Shown here one piece after another: positions 53,356 through 62,879 of a stretch of 64,000 bases of DNA; position 1 is the first letter of the stretch; every line of letters begins with the position of its first letter. The position numbers and the translations under genes are program-made. The notes beneath the pieces were generated by a model, which had not been told where the DNA came from, did not search any database, and worked only from the letters and a program-made list of their open reading frames with translations. The DNA is from an uncultured cyanobacterium (GTDB lineage: Bacteria; Cyanobacteriota; Cyanobacteriia; Cyanobacteriales; Nostocaceae): assembly GCA_963740315.1 (NCBI GenBank), contig CAVUDP010000001.1:1280001-1344000 (forward strand), in the 5' to 3' direction.

Positions 53356-53427
53356 CAGTTACCCTTCGGGTTCAACACTTTGCTTATGCCGGGGAACCCG
53401 TCCACCGCAAGTGTTTCACCAGTTACC
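53356..53427. repeat. 56-bp hairpin element flanked by an 8-bp direct repeat CAGTTACC
   Basis: CAGTTACC at 53356 and 53420; internal AACACTTTGC..GCAAGTGTT stem. Confidence 0.65.
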
Positions 53428-53734
53428 AATTACCACTCAACATATTTAGACAATAAATAAATGCTGTTCAATATGCAAGCCGTTAGCCCTTGATTTTAAC
53501 TTAAAATATTTATGAATTGGACATATTTAATACATTTATATAACCCTTTTCACTTTAGAAGTTAATCGAATTAAATAACACATCTAAAGTATGAGAAGCA
53601 GGATGATTTTTTTCTAGCTTTATTTGGTTGCAACTACCAGAAGACATATATTATAAAGTTGGGAATTGCGAATGTTTAAGAGTTAAGAGTTAGGAGTTAG
53701 GAGTTAAGAATTTTAATTTATCCTTTTCTCTCCA

Positions 53735-53926
53735 TCTCCCCAAAGGTTACTGAGCAGTTCGACGTAGCTCACTGTAAGACTTGTCGAAGTACTCCCCCTC
53801 TCCCCAAAGGTTACTGAGCAGTTCGACGTAGCTCACTGTAAGACTTGTCGAAGTACTCCCCCTCTCCCCAAAGGTTACTGAGCAGTTCGACGTAGCTCAC
53901 TGTAAGACTTGTCGAAGTACTCCCCC
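53735..53926. repeat. Three perfect tandem copies of a 64-bp unit
   Basis: TCTCCCCAAAGGTTACTGAGCAGTTCGACGTAGCTCACTGTAAGACTTGTCGAAGTACTCCCCC at 53735, 53799 and 53863. Confidence 0.95.
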
Positions 53927-53932
53927 GAACCC

Positions 53933-55111
53933 CTACTTTGGTAAAGAAATAATAAACTTAGCACCTTCACCAAGACGACTTTGAGCGGAAATACTACCTT
54001 TATGACGTTCAACAATTCTGCGACAAATTGCTAAACCCAAACCCGTACCTTCATACTTATTAGCATTGTGCAGCCGTTGACAAGGCTCAAAGATGTCGTC
54101 AAGATGTGCTTCATCGAAACCGATACCGTTATCTTCTACAACTATTTCAAATGGGCTATCTGAAGCTTGATTTTGACATTTATGAGTTTGATAAATTTTG
54201 ATAACTGGCGTAATTTGTGGCTGATGATATTTTAAAGAATTACCTACAATATTTTGAAATAGTTGGTACATTTGACCGGAATCAGCCATGATAGTTGGTA
54301 ATTCCCTTACTTCTATAACTGCATCTGTAGAAGTATCCGCCTGTAAATCTGATACAACTGCTAGGACAAGTTTAGTTAAATTTACTTTTTCAAAAGATTG
54401 CCCCTGGGTTGTGACAAGGGAAAAACTGAGTAAATCCTCAATCAAGGTTTGCATTCGACTTTTAACTTTTTTAATGCGTTGCAGATAGTCAATTCCTTGC
54501 TCATCTAATACCTGACTGTAATCTTCTTGGAGATACTCCGAGAGAATTTGTATTTTGTGCAGCGGTGACATTAAATCGTGAGACACGACGCTAGCAAAGT
54601 CTTCTAAGTCGCGATTGCTACGTTCTAACTCCGTAAGTAAGCTTTTTAATCTGGCTTCAGCTTGCTTGCGTAGGGTAATATCTTGAATCTGAGCAATAAA
54701 GTATAGTGGTTGTTGTGTATCGCGTACCAAAGAAACGCTGAGTAAAATCCAAACAATATATCCACTTGAATGTAAATAGCGCTTTTCCATTTGGTAAGTA
54801 CGAATTTCACCCGCAAGCATTCGGCGCACGCAATCCAAATCTTTTTCTAAATCATCGGGATGAGTAATTTCCTGAAAAGTTTTATCGAGTAATTCGGTTT
54901 CTCTATAGCCAACAATTTCGCACAAAGCATGATTAACCTTCAACCAGCGCCCATCAAGAGCTACAACAGCCATTCCAATTGGTGCATCGTTAAAAGCTAA
55001 ACGAAATAATTCGCCCTCAAATGATTGTCCTTCTTGCTTTAACTGCACGATGTCATTATTATTATTTCTAGAAACAAATTTTATATCTCTACTGCTAAAA
55101 TATTCCAACAC
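53933..55111 (-). CDS. PAS/PAC sensor histidine kinase (Cph1-like transmitter)
   Basis: APIGMA..VNHALC..THPDD..EKRY PAS/PAC; DFASVVSHDL..PL; NIVGNSLKY; DNGIGF; GTGLGL. Confidence 0.9.
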   Translation of the reverse strand: MLEYFSSRDIKFVSRNNNNDIVQLKQEGQSFEGELFRLAFNDAPIGMAVVALDGRWLKVNHALCEIVGYRETELLDKTFQEITHPDDLEKDLDCVRRMLAGEIRTYQMEKRYLHSSGYIVWILLSVSLVRDTQQPLYFIAQIQDITLRKQAEARLKSLLTELERSNRDLEDFASVVSHDLMSPLHKIQILSEYLQEDYSQVLDEQGIDYLQRIKKVKSRMQTLIEDLLSFSLVTTQGQSFEKVNLTKLVLAVVSDLQADTSTDAVIEVRELPTIMADSGQMYQLFQNIVGNSLKYHQPQITPVIKIYQTHKCQNQASDSPFEIVVEDNGIGFDEAHLDDIFEPCQRLHNANKYEGTGLGLAICRRIVERHKGSISAQSRLGEGAKFIISLPK

Positions 55112-55631
55112 AACCGGACACGATCTAGTCTACATATTCTATCTTGACACAAGACATTTGCTCTTAGACGCGATCCTATCAACGTCTTTACAAGCGAATT
55201 CATCCTAAAATTTAGTAATAAGATTATTCTTTCTCAAGAATTCAATGAATAGTATTTTATTATACTTCGGTTTTAGCTAATATCTGTTATATCGGTAAAG
55301 TTATTAATATCAGCCTCCATACAAAGAGGTGTAAAGTATAAAAAATCTTAATTATATTGAAAGAGGAATACAATATACCAGCGATCGCGCAAATAGATAA
55401 TTGTTAAAAAATAACAAATAAATTGCAGTGTAAGTTCAGAATGCCACTATTATAACGTCTTTCGATTAGCGATAGATAAATATTGCAATTTGGCTTAAAA
55501 AGGTTGCAGAATTAACTAAAATAAGATATTTTTCTAATATTTTGTAAATTATCTGACAAGATAGTTAATATTCCTATTAGATAGATTTCATAGTACTTAA
55601 TTTTATCAAATAATAATCGGGCAGAAAATAT

Positions 55632-57317
55632 ATGGGACAAGGTTTATTGCAGATAGGGTTAACCCTTGCTGTTGTAATCATTATTACCCCGATCTTCGGG
55701 AAATATATAGCTAGTGTTTTTATGGGTGGATCTTCATTACTCGATAGGGTAATGAATCCAATAGAACAAGTTATTTATAAGCTGGCAGACGTAAAAGCTC
55801 AAGAAAACATGAATGGTAGGCAATATGCCTATTCTTTGCTGCAAAGCAACTTATTCATGGGTATTTTAGTATATTTGCTAATTAGTTTACAAAAGATTTT
55901 GCCGTGGAACCCAAATGGTTTTGGTGCGCCAAGGTGGGATTTAACACTACATACTACAATTTCATTTTTAACTAATACAGGGCAGCAGCATTACTTAGGG
56001 GAAAAAACTCTAAGTCATTTTAGTCAAAGTGCAGCTTTAACCTTTTTAATGTTTGTCTCAGCTGCCACGGGTTTAGCAGTAGGTATTGCTTTTCTTCGTG
56101 CGTTAACTGGTAAACCTTTAGGAAATTATTACGCGGATTTGATTCGGGGAATCACCCGTATATTGCTGCCAATTTCTATTATTGGAGCGATCGTATTATT
56201 GGCTCAAGGAGTACCGCAAAATTTAGCAGCACCTTTGATTGTAGAAACCTTAGAGGGTAGAACTCAGTATATCGCCACAGGACCAGTAGCATCCTTTGAA
56301 ATTATCAAACTTTTGGGTACAAACGGCGGTGGTTTTTTTGGTGCAAACTCCGCCCATCCTTTTGAAAATCCCAACAGTGCGACTAATTTAATTGAAATTA
56401 TCGCCATGATATCTATTCCAGCAGCGATGATATTCGTTTACGGTGCATTTACCAACAATATTAAACAAGCTTGGCGACTGTTTTGGATGATATCTATAAT
56501 TTTTCTAGTTTTGGTTTGGATTACAGCAGGTGGAGAATCTCAGGGAAATCCCCTGGTAAACGCCAACTTAGGAGTTGAACAACCCAATCTAGAAGGCAAA
56601 GAAGTTAGATTTGGCTGGGCACAAACAGCGCTATGGGCAGTCATTACTACTGCAACCATGAACGGTGCAGTTAACGGAATGCACGATTCCTTAATGCCAG
56701 CTGGAGGTTTTGCCACCTTATCAAATATGTTTTTACACGTAATTTGGGGTGGTATTGGCATCGGAATAGTTTATTTATTGATTTATCAATATTTAACCGC
56801 ATTCGGGGCGGGATTAACGATCGGTAGCACCCCAGAATTTTTCGGACGCAAAATTACAAAACGCTCAATAATTCTGGCGAGTTTGGTAGTGATAGTTGTT
56901 CCTATCTCCGTATTAATTCCCAGTGCGATCGCGATCGCTTATCCCATATCCTTATCTGGAATCAGCAATCCTGGATTTCATGGAATTTCCCAGGTAGTTT
57001 ACGAATATATTTCCGCCAGCACCAACAACGGTTCCGGCTTTGAAGGCTTAGTAGACAATACCTTGTGGTGGAACTTAAGTACTGCTGCGAGTATGTTACT
57101 AGGACGTTACGTCACAATATTCGCTATTTTACTTTTAGCAGATACTATGGCACGTACAAAACCAGTACCCGCAATTCCTGCTACCTTAAAAACCGACACA
57201 CTTTTATTTACCACTCTCAGTGCCGGAGTAATTTTAATTTTAAGCTTTTTAATCTTCTTTCCCATCCTAATCAACGGTCCCATAGCCGAAGGATTTAGAC
57301 TAGCGACACAACAGTAA
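55632..57317 (+). CDS. kdpA: Potassium-transporting ATPase subunit A, divergent
   Basis: SFLTNT, GTNGGGFFGANSAHPFENP, EGKEVRFG, GAVNGMHDS, NNGSGF, GP.AE. Confidence 0.95.
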   Translation: MGQGLLQIGLTLAVVIIITPIFGKYIASVFMGGSSLLDRVMNPIEQVIYKLADVKAQENMNGRQYAYSLLQSNLFMGILVYLLISLQKILPWNPNGFGAPRWDLTLHTTISFLTNTGQQHYLGEKTLSHFSQSAALTFLMFVSAATGLAVGIAFLRALTGKPLGNYYADLIRGITRILLPISIIGAIVLLAQGVPQNLAAPLIVETLEGRTQYIATGPVASFEIIKLLGTNGGGFFGANSAHPFENPNSATNLIEIIAMISIPAAMIFVYGAFTNNIKQAWRLFWMISIIFLVLVWITAGGESQGNPLVNANLGVEQPNLEGKEVRFGWAQTALWAVITTATMNGAVNGMHDSLMPAGGFATLSNMFLHVIWGGIGIGIVYLLIYQYLTAFGAGLTIGSTPEFFGRKITKRSIILASLVVIVVPISVLIPSAIAIAYPISLSGISNPGFHGISQVVYEYISASTNNGSGFEGLVDNTLWWNLSTAASMLLGRYVTIFAILLLADTMARTKPVPAIPATLKTDTLLFTTLSAGVILILSFLIFFPILINGPIAEGFRLATQQ

Positions 57318-57516
57318 CCAGTGAGCAGTGAGCAGTGAGCAGTGAGCAGTAACCAGTAACCAGTAACCAGTTAAAAGCACCGAACCACCGGAGTTAAGAA
57401 TTAGGAGTTAGGACCACCGGAGTTAGGAATTGGGAATAATTTTTATTTCTCCCCATCTCCCCATCTCCCCATCTTTCCCTCTCCCCCCTCTCCCCCCCTC
57501 CCCCTCCCACACGCCT

Positions 57517-59619
57517 ATGAACCCAGTCGCGACTACCTCTAAATCTAAACTTGCCACCGATCGCCCTAACGAATTTCGTTCGCGTAAAAAAGTAAGGGCA
57601 AGTAAAAAAGGTCTTTATCCCAGAGCAATAAAAGACGCTTTTGCTAAATTTAATCCCAAACACATTATTAAAAATCCCGTCTTGTTGGTGGTTTGGGTAA
57701 GTTGTCTTGTTACTTTAACAGCAACAATTTTCCCTGCTTTATTTGGTTCGCCTGCTACAACAAATGCGCGAATTTTTAATGGTACAGTTACCTTCGTTTT
57801 ATTTTTAACCGTATGGCTGGCTAATTTTGCCGAAGCCTTTGCTCAAAGTCGTGGAAAAGCACAAGCTGATGTATTGCGATCGATTAAATCCGATATCATA
57901 GCCAAAAAACTTTTCGCTGACGGTAACATTTCCGAAGTTGCGGCTACCAGCTTGCAACGCGGCGATACCGTATATGTCGTAGCTGGTGATGTTATTCCCA
58001 CCGATGGGGAAGTAATCATGGGTGCTGCAAGCGTCGATGAAAAAGCAATTACCGGGGAATCGGCTCCCGTACTGAAAGAAGCTGGTTCTGATGTTGCCAG
58101 TTATGTTACCGGCGGTAGCCGTGTTATCTCTGATGAATTAATAATCCGCATTACGGTTGATCCAGATAAAGGGTTTATCAATCGGATGATTTATGTAATT
58201 GAAAGAAGAGAACGTAAAAAAACACCAAATGAAGCTACTCTCACGGTTTTGCTAGCATTAGTTAGCTTGATATTTCTATCAGTGGTCGCAACTTTTCCAG
58301 CCCTAGCATATTATCTAAAAACTCCAATTAGCGTACCTATTTTAATTGCTATTTTTGTGGCATTAATTCCCACAACAGTTGGTAGTTTACTTAGTGCTAC
58401 CACCATTGGAGGTATGGATCGCATTGCTCAGTTAAACTTAATTGCCACTTCAGCTAGAGCTATAGAAGCCTGTGGGGATGTCAACACCTTAATTCTTGAT
58501 AAAACAGGTACCGTAACCAGAGGAAACCGATTAGCAGATGGTTTTATTCCGATCGACGGTCATACAATGCCCGAAATTGCTTATGTAGCTTTAGCGGCAA
58601 GTATATTTGATGACACTTCAGAAGGAAAATCAATTGTTCGTTTAGCACAAAGATTGGGAGCGAGAATTGATTTCGACTATCAAGCAGCCGAAGCAATAAA
58701 ATTCAACCCTACAACAAGGATAGGCGGTACTAATTTACCCAATGGTTCGATGGCTCGTAAAGGTGCTGTAGATGCGGTCAAAAATCTTGTAAAATCGCTT
58801 GGTAGTGAAGAAACATCCGAACTCAATTCAGCTTATGAAATGGTATCTCTACAAGGAGGTACGCCGCTAGCCGTATGTATGAATAATGAAATTTACGGCA
58901 TTATTTATTTAAAAGATACTATTAAGCCAGGAATACGCGAACGCTTTGGACAATTGCGGCAGTTAGGCGTGCGTACCATCATGATTACTGGCGACAACCA
59001 TATAACTACTTCTGTAATTGCCAGAGAAGCTGGAGTTAAAGAATTTATTGCCGAAGCCACACCAGAAGACAAAATAGCTGTAGTTCAACGAGAACAAGCA
59101 GAAGGTAAATTAGTGGCAATGACAGGGGATGGTAGCAACGATGCAGCAGCATTAGCCCAAGCGAATGTTGCGGTAGCCATGAATAACGGTACTCAAGCAG
59201 CCAAAGAAGCAGCCAATATTATCGATTTGGACTCAGATCCCACAAAACTAATTGATATCATCAGCATTGGTAAACAAGTGCTAATGACTCGTGGTGCTTT
59301 GATCGCATTTTCAATTGCAAATAATATAGTTAAATACATTGCAATTATTCCAGTAATCTTCGCTTCTACGAACTCAAATAAACTAAATATTATGAACTTG
59401 ACTAGCACCAATTCCGCCGTGCTGTCAGTATTAATTTACAACGCATTAATTATTCCAGCATTAATTCCCTTAGCCCTCAGAGGTGTACCATTTACACCAA
59501 TGACACCAAATCAAATTTTACAACGCAATCTTTTGATTTATGGTTTAGCCGGTTTAGTTATTCCGTTTGTTGTCATTAAATTGATAGACCTAATAGTTTC
59601 CCTAACGGTTTTAGCCTGA
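57517..59619 (+). CDS. kdpB: Potassium-transporting ATPase subunit B, divergent
   Basis: TGES, LIPTT, DKTGT, KGA, TGDN, TGDG.ND, DLDSDP. ATG 57517 chosen because the longer track ORF begins in repeats. Confidence 0.95.
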   Translation: MNPVATTSKSKLATDRPNEFRSRKKVRASKKGLYPRAIKDAFAKFNPKHIIKNPVLLVVWVSCLVTLTATIFPALFGSPATTNARIFNGTVTFVLFLTVWLANFAEAFAQSRGKAQADVLRSIKSDIIAKKLFADGNISEVAATSLQRGDTVYVVAGDVIPTDGEVIMGAASVDEKAITGESAPVLKEAGSDVASYVTGGSRVISDELIIRITVDPDKGFINRMIYVIERRERKKTPNEATLTVLLALVSLIFLSVVATFPALAYYLKTPISVPILIAIFVALIPTTVGSLLSATTIGGMDRIAQLNLIATSARAIEACGDVNTLILDKTGTVTRGNRLADGFIPIDGHTMPEIAYVALAASIFDDTSEGKSIVRLAQRLGARIDFDYQAAEAIKFNPTTRIGGTNLPNGSMARKGAVDAVKNLVKSLGSEETSELNSAYEMVSLQGGTPLAVCMNNEIYGIIYLKDTIKPGIRERFGQLRQLGVRTIMITGDNHITTSVIAREAGVKEFIAEATPEDKIAVVQREQAEGKLVAMTGDGSNDAAALAQANVAVAMNNGTQAAKEAANIIDLDSDPTKLIDIISIGKQVLMTRGALIAFSIANNIVKYIAIIPVIFASTNSNKLNIMNLTSTNSAVLSVLIYNALIIPALIPLALRGVPFTPMTPNQILQRNLLIYGLAGLVIPFVVIKLIDLIVSLTVLA

Positions 59620-59749
59620 CAGTTATCAATGAAAAATTATCAATTATCAATTGCGAATTAACCGTATTGTATTACCTTAACCTTATTACTTTATTACTTT
59701 GACCGTATTACCGTATTACCTTTAACCTTATTACTTTAAACTAACTATT

Positions 59750-60343
59750 ATGTCTAGATTTCGAGCAATTGTGAGAGCAATTCGCGTTACCTTGATTTTG
59801 TGGTTACTTACTGCAATTATTTACCCATTATTCATACTTTTAGTTGCTCAAGTTCCCTTATTTCAATATCAAGCAAAGGGAAGTATAATACTTGACTTAA
59901 ATAATGAACCAATTGGTTCGGCTTTAATCGGTCAAACCTTTACATCCGAAGAATATTTTCATAGCCGTCCTAGTAGTGTGCTATATAGTCAAGGGAAAAA
60001 AGCTCAACCTACGGGCATATCTGGTTCTAGTAATTTTGCTCCTAGTAACCCAGAATTATTAAACCGAATTTTGGAAACAGCAAACGAACTTCAAGACGAA
60101 AGTATTGATGCACGTGCCGATTTAATTTATGCTTCTGGTTCTGGTTTAGACCCTCATATTACATTCAAATCGGCTATGCAGCAGTTAAATAGAGTCGCTA
60201 ACGCTCGCAATCTACGACCCGATCAAGTTTATCCTTTCGTTGTCAAGTACACCAAAGGTAGATTTTTAAATATATTTGGCGAACCAGGAGTAAATGTCCT
60301 GAGATTAAATTACGCCCTCGACCTTCAAGAGAGAATAAATTGA
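59750..60343 (+). CDS. kdpC: Potassium-transporting ATPase subunit C
   Basis: GSALIGQ.F..YFHSRPS, SGSSN.APSN, ASGSGLDPHI, FGEPGVNVL.LN.ALD. Confidence 0.95.
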   Translation: MSRFRAIVRAIRVTLILWLLTAIIYPLFILLVAQVPLFQYQAKGSIILDLNNEPIGSALIGQTFTSEEYFHSRPSSVLYSQGKKAQPTGISGSSNFAPSNPELLNRILETANELQDESIDARADLIYASGSGLDPHITFKSAMQQLNRVANARNLRPDQVYPFVVKYTKGRFLNIFGEPGVNVLRLNYALDLQERIN

Positions 60344-60442
60344 AGCTACTGGGAGGGGGGAGAGGGGGAAGAGGGGGAAGAGGGGGGAGAAAAAACTTTC
60401 TGTTTTTAGGATGCCTACTAGCGCTTCGCATTAATTATGACA

Positions 60443-60503
60443 GGTTTGTAGTAAGGGCTTAGGTTCCCTAAATCCGGAGCGAAGACGGCGCTTACTACGA
60501 ACC
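60443..60503. repeat. REP-like element (GTAGTAAGG family)
   Basis: GGTTTGTAGTAAG..CTTACTACGAACC; internal GGTTCCCTAAATCCGGAG is the reverse complement of 1962-1979. Confidence 0.8.
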
Positions 60504-60614
60504 TTGATTACCCCGCATAATTAATGTGGTTAAGTACTACTATTACCCAATCCCCGATAAATCCAAAACAAAAGCATCCGTTGTTAAAATTTAAAATTTA
60601 AAATCTAAAATTCC

Positions 60615-61763
60615 ATGACTCGCGTAATTGGTTTAATGAGTGGCACATCGGTAGATGGTATCGATGCTGCTTTAGTAGATATTTTCGGTACAGATTTAGA
60701 TATAAAAATAGAACTGGTAGCGGGTGTTACATATCCCTACCCTATAGAAATTAGAGAACGTATTTTAGAAGTTTGTGCTGGTAAACCTATCTCAATGATG
60801 GAATTAGCCGAACTCGATGATGCGATCGCCAATTGTTTTGCCCAAGCTGCGATCGCGATTCAAACAGGTCATCAAAAAGCAACTTTAATCGGTTCTCACG
60901 GTCAAACAGTTTACCATCGTCCGCTAACCGGGTTTAGCTCCGGAAAACTTGCTTACAGCTTACAAATTGGTCGCGGTACATTAATTAACCATTTAACAGG
61001 CATTACTACCATAAATAATTTCCGTGCCGCCGATATTGCTGTCGGCGGGCAAGGTGCGCCTTTAGTACCTCGTATAGATGCAGCCTTACTCAGTCATGAT
61101 TCGGAAGCTCGCTGTATTCAAAACATTGGTGGAATTGGTAATGTTACTTATATTCCCGTCCGTGGCGGCGACTGGCTCTCAAAAATTCGCGGTTGGGATA
61201 CAGGACCTGGGAATAGTTTGCTCGATTTAGCAGTGGAACATTTAACTGATAAAGCAAAAACCTACGATGAAGATGGCAACTGGGCTGCAAGCGGCACCCC
61301 AAATTTGACATTAGTCGAACAATGGCTCGATCTAGAATATTTCCATCTACCGCCACCTAAATCTACTGGTAGAGAATTATTTGGAGTTGATTATTTGCAT
61401 CAGTGTATAAAAGATGCAGAAAGCCTTCAACTTACTCCAGCAGACTTTTTAGCAACTCTTACAGAATTAACGGCAGCCTCAATTGTTAGCAGCTACCGTA
61501 ACTTTTTACCACAAATGCCACACCGGGTATTATTATGCGGTGGCGGAAGTCGCAACCTTTATCTAAAACATCGTTTACAGCAATTATTAGGAACGATACC
61601 CGTTTCCATTACCAACGAAGTCGGTTTAAACGCCGATTTTAAAGAAGCGATCGCCTTTGCAGTTTTAGCATATTGGAAACACACAGATACCCCTGGAAAC
61701 CTACCCGCAGCCACCGGAGCAAGTCGAGAAGTACTTTTGGGAAACGTTTGGGAGATGGGGTGA
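60615..61763 (+). CDS. anmK: Anhydro-N-acetylmuramic acid kinase
   Basis: [57 protein letters not shown]. Confidence 0.96.
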   Translation: MTRVIGLMSGTSVDGIDAALVDIFGTDLDIKIELVAGVTYPYPIEIRERILEVCAGKPISMMELAELDDAIANCFAQAAIAIQTGHQKATLIGSHGQTVYHRPLTGFSSGKLAYSLQIGRGTLINHLTGITTINNFRAADIAVGGQGAPLVPRIDAALLSHDSEARCIQNIGGIGNVTYIPVRGGDWLSKIRGWDTGPGNSLLDLAVEHLTDKAKTYDEDGNWAASGTPNLTLVEQWLDLEYFHLPPPKSTGRELFGVDYLHQCIKDAESLQLTPADFLATLTELTAASIVSSYRNFLPQMPHRVLLCGGGSRNLYLKHRLQQLLGTIPVSITNEVGLNADFKEAIAFAVLAYWKHTDTPGNLPAATGASREVLLGNVWEMG

Positions 61764-62010
61764 GGGGGAGATGGGGTGAGGGGGAGAGGGGGTGAGGGGG
61801 AGAGGGGGACAAGGGGATGGGGTGATGGGGAGATGGGGAGATGGGGGGATGGGGGATGGGGTTCGGGGGTTCGGGGTAATTTAATAGCGAGCAAGATGCT
61901 CGCACTACTTTATATATATTCCTAACTCCTAATGATTTATTACTAATTACCAATGCCCAATGCCCAATGCCCAATGCCCAATGCCCAATGCCCAATGCCC
62001 AATGCCCAAT
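61750..62010. repeat. G-rich octamer tract, REP 23-mer and CCAATGC heptamers
   Basis: Read directly. Confidence 0.9.
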
Positions 62011-62079
62011 TACCTAATTCAAACCGTGGGCTATACTAAATTTTGGCAGTACTGCAACAATACAGGGAATTATCCACAG

Positions 62080-62526
62080 GTGGCTCATAGTTTTTTACTC
62101 GAACCAGGACGCTGGACTCTACAAGGAAATTGGTTGGAACGTAATGGTATGCCAATCAGCGTCAAAGGTATGACCTTAGTTGCATGGAACCGAGATAACT
62201 GGTTCACTATGGTGACAAAATTGATTTTTCCTCAAACCGAACATCCCGAAATCTCTTTGCAGTACAAAGGACGTTTGGATGATGGGGAACGTCAGTATAC
62301 TTTTTTACTACAGCATAATTTATTAGGGCAAGTAGAAGGAGAAGGCTGGATTGGTCCGGAGACAATAGTTCAGCGCTATTGGGTATTAGGCGATCGCCAA
62401 CGACGCAGTGGATTTGAAACTTTGCATCGCGTGTCAACCAATACATATTATCTGACTAGCGGAATCATGGCAGGTCATTTTTTAACCAGCACAATGGAAG
62501 CCAGTGTAGAACGTCAAATCAGCTAA
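62080..62526 (+). CDS. Hypothetical beta-rich protein
   Basis: GTG 62080 chosen (VAHSFLLEPGRW..) because the MPNAQC repeats of the track ORF are translated STRR. Confidence 0.7.
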   Translation: MAHSFLLEPGRWTLQGNWLERNGMPISVKGMTLVAWNRDNWFTMVTKLIFPQTEHPEISLQYKGRLDDGERQYTFLLQHNLLGQVEGEGWIGPETIVQRYWVLGDRQRRSGFETLHRVSTNTYYLTSGIMAGHFLTSTMEASVERQIS

Positions 62527-62879
62527 CAGTGGGAATTGGGAATAGTGAGGAGTTAGAAGTTAGGAGTTAGAAGTTAGGAGTTAGGAGTTAAGAGTAAAAA
62601 GTTGTTGATATGTAATTATCCCCCCTCTCCCCATCCCCCCATCCCCCCATCCTCATTTCCTTCGTTTTTCACCGATTATCTTTTTTTTTCCCGGTAAGTT
62701 AAGTTTTTGGGTAAAAACTGGGCATTATAAATTTGAGATGAAGTTAATAATTGTACAAACTCACCGGGTATATCTACCTTTTTTTTTATTAGGGTCAATT
62801 TTTGATTTTTAAATCTTTTATATCCAATACCTGTCTTTCGAGCGGGTTTTATTTCATTTTTTTATAGATTGGAGTTTCT

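Noticed and set aside
53735..53926. CRISPR array
   Set aside because: Units are fully identical with no unique spacers, and no cas genes are present.
57394..57663. Antisense 89-aa ORF and the Pro-rich N-terminal extension of KdpB
   Set aside because: Repeat-derived; ATG 57517 is the plausible start.
59620..59749. kdpF/kdpG small subunit
   Set aside because: Only a 10-codon non-hydrophobic ORF (MKNYQLSIAN) and short degenerate repeats are present.
61559..62079. ORFs 61559-61894 and 61639-61995, and the MPNAQC extension of 61960
   Set aside because: Derived from CCAATGC and CCCCATCT repeats and antisense to anmK.
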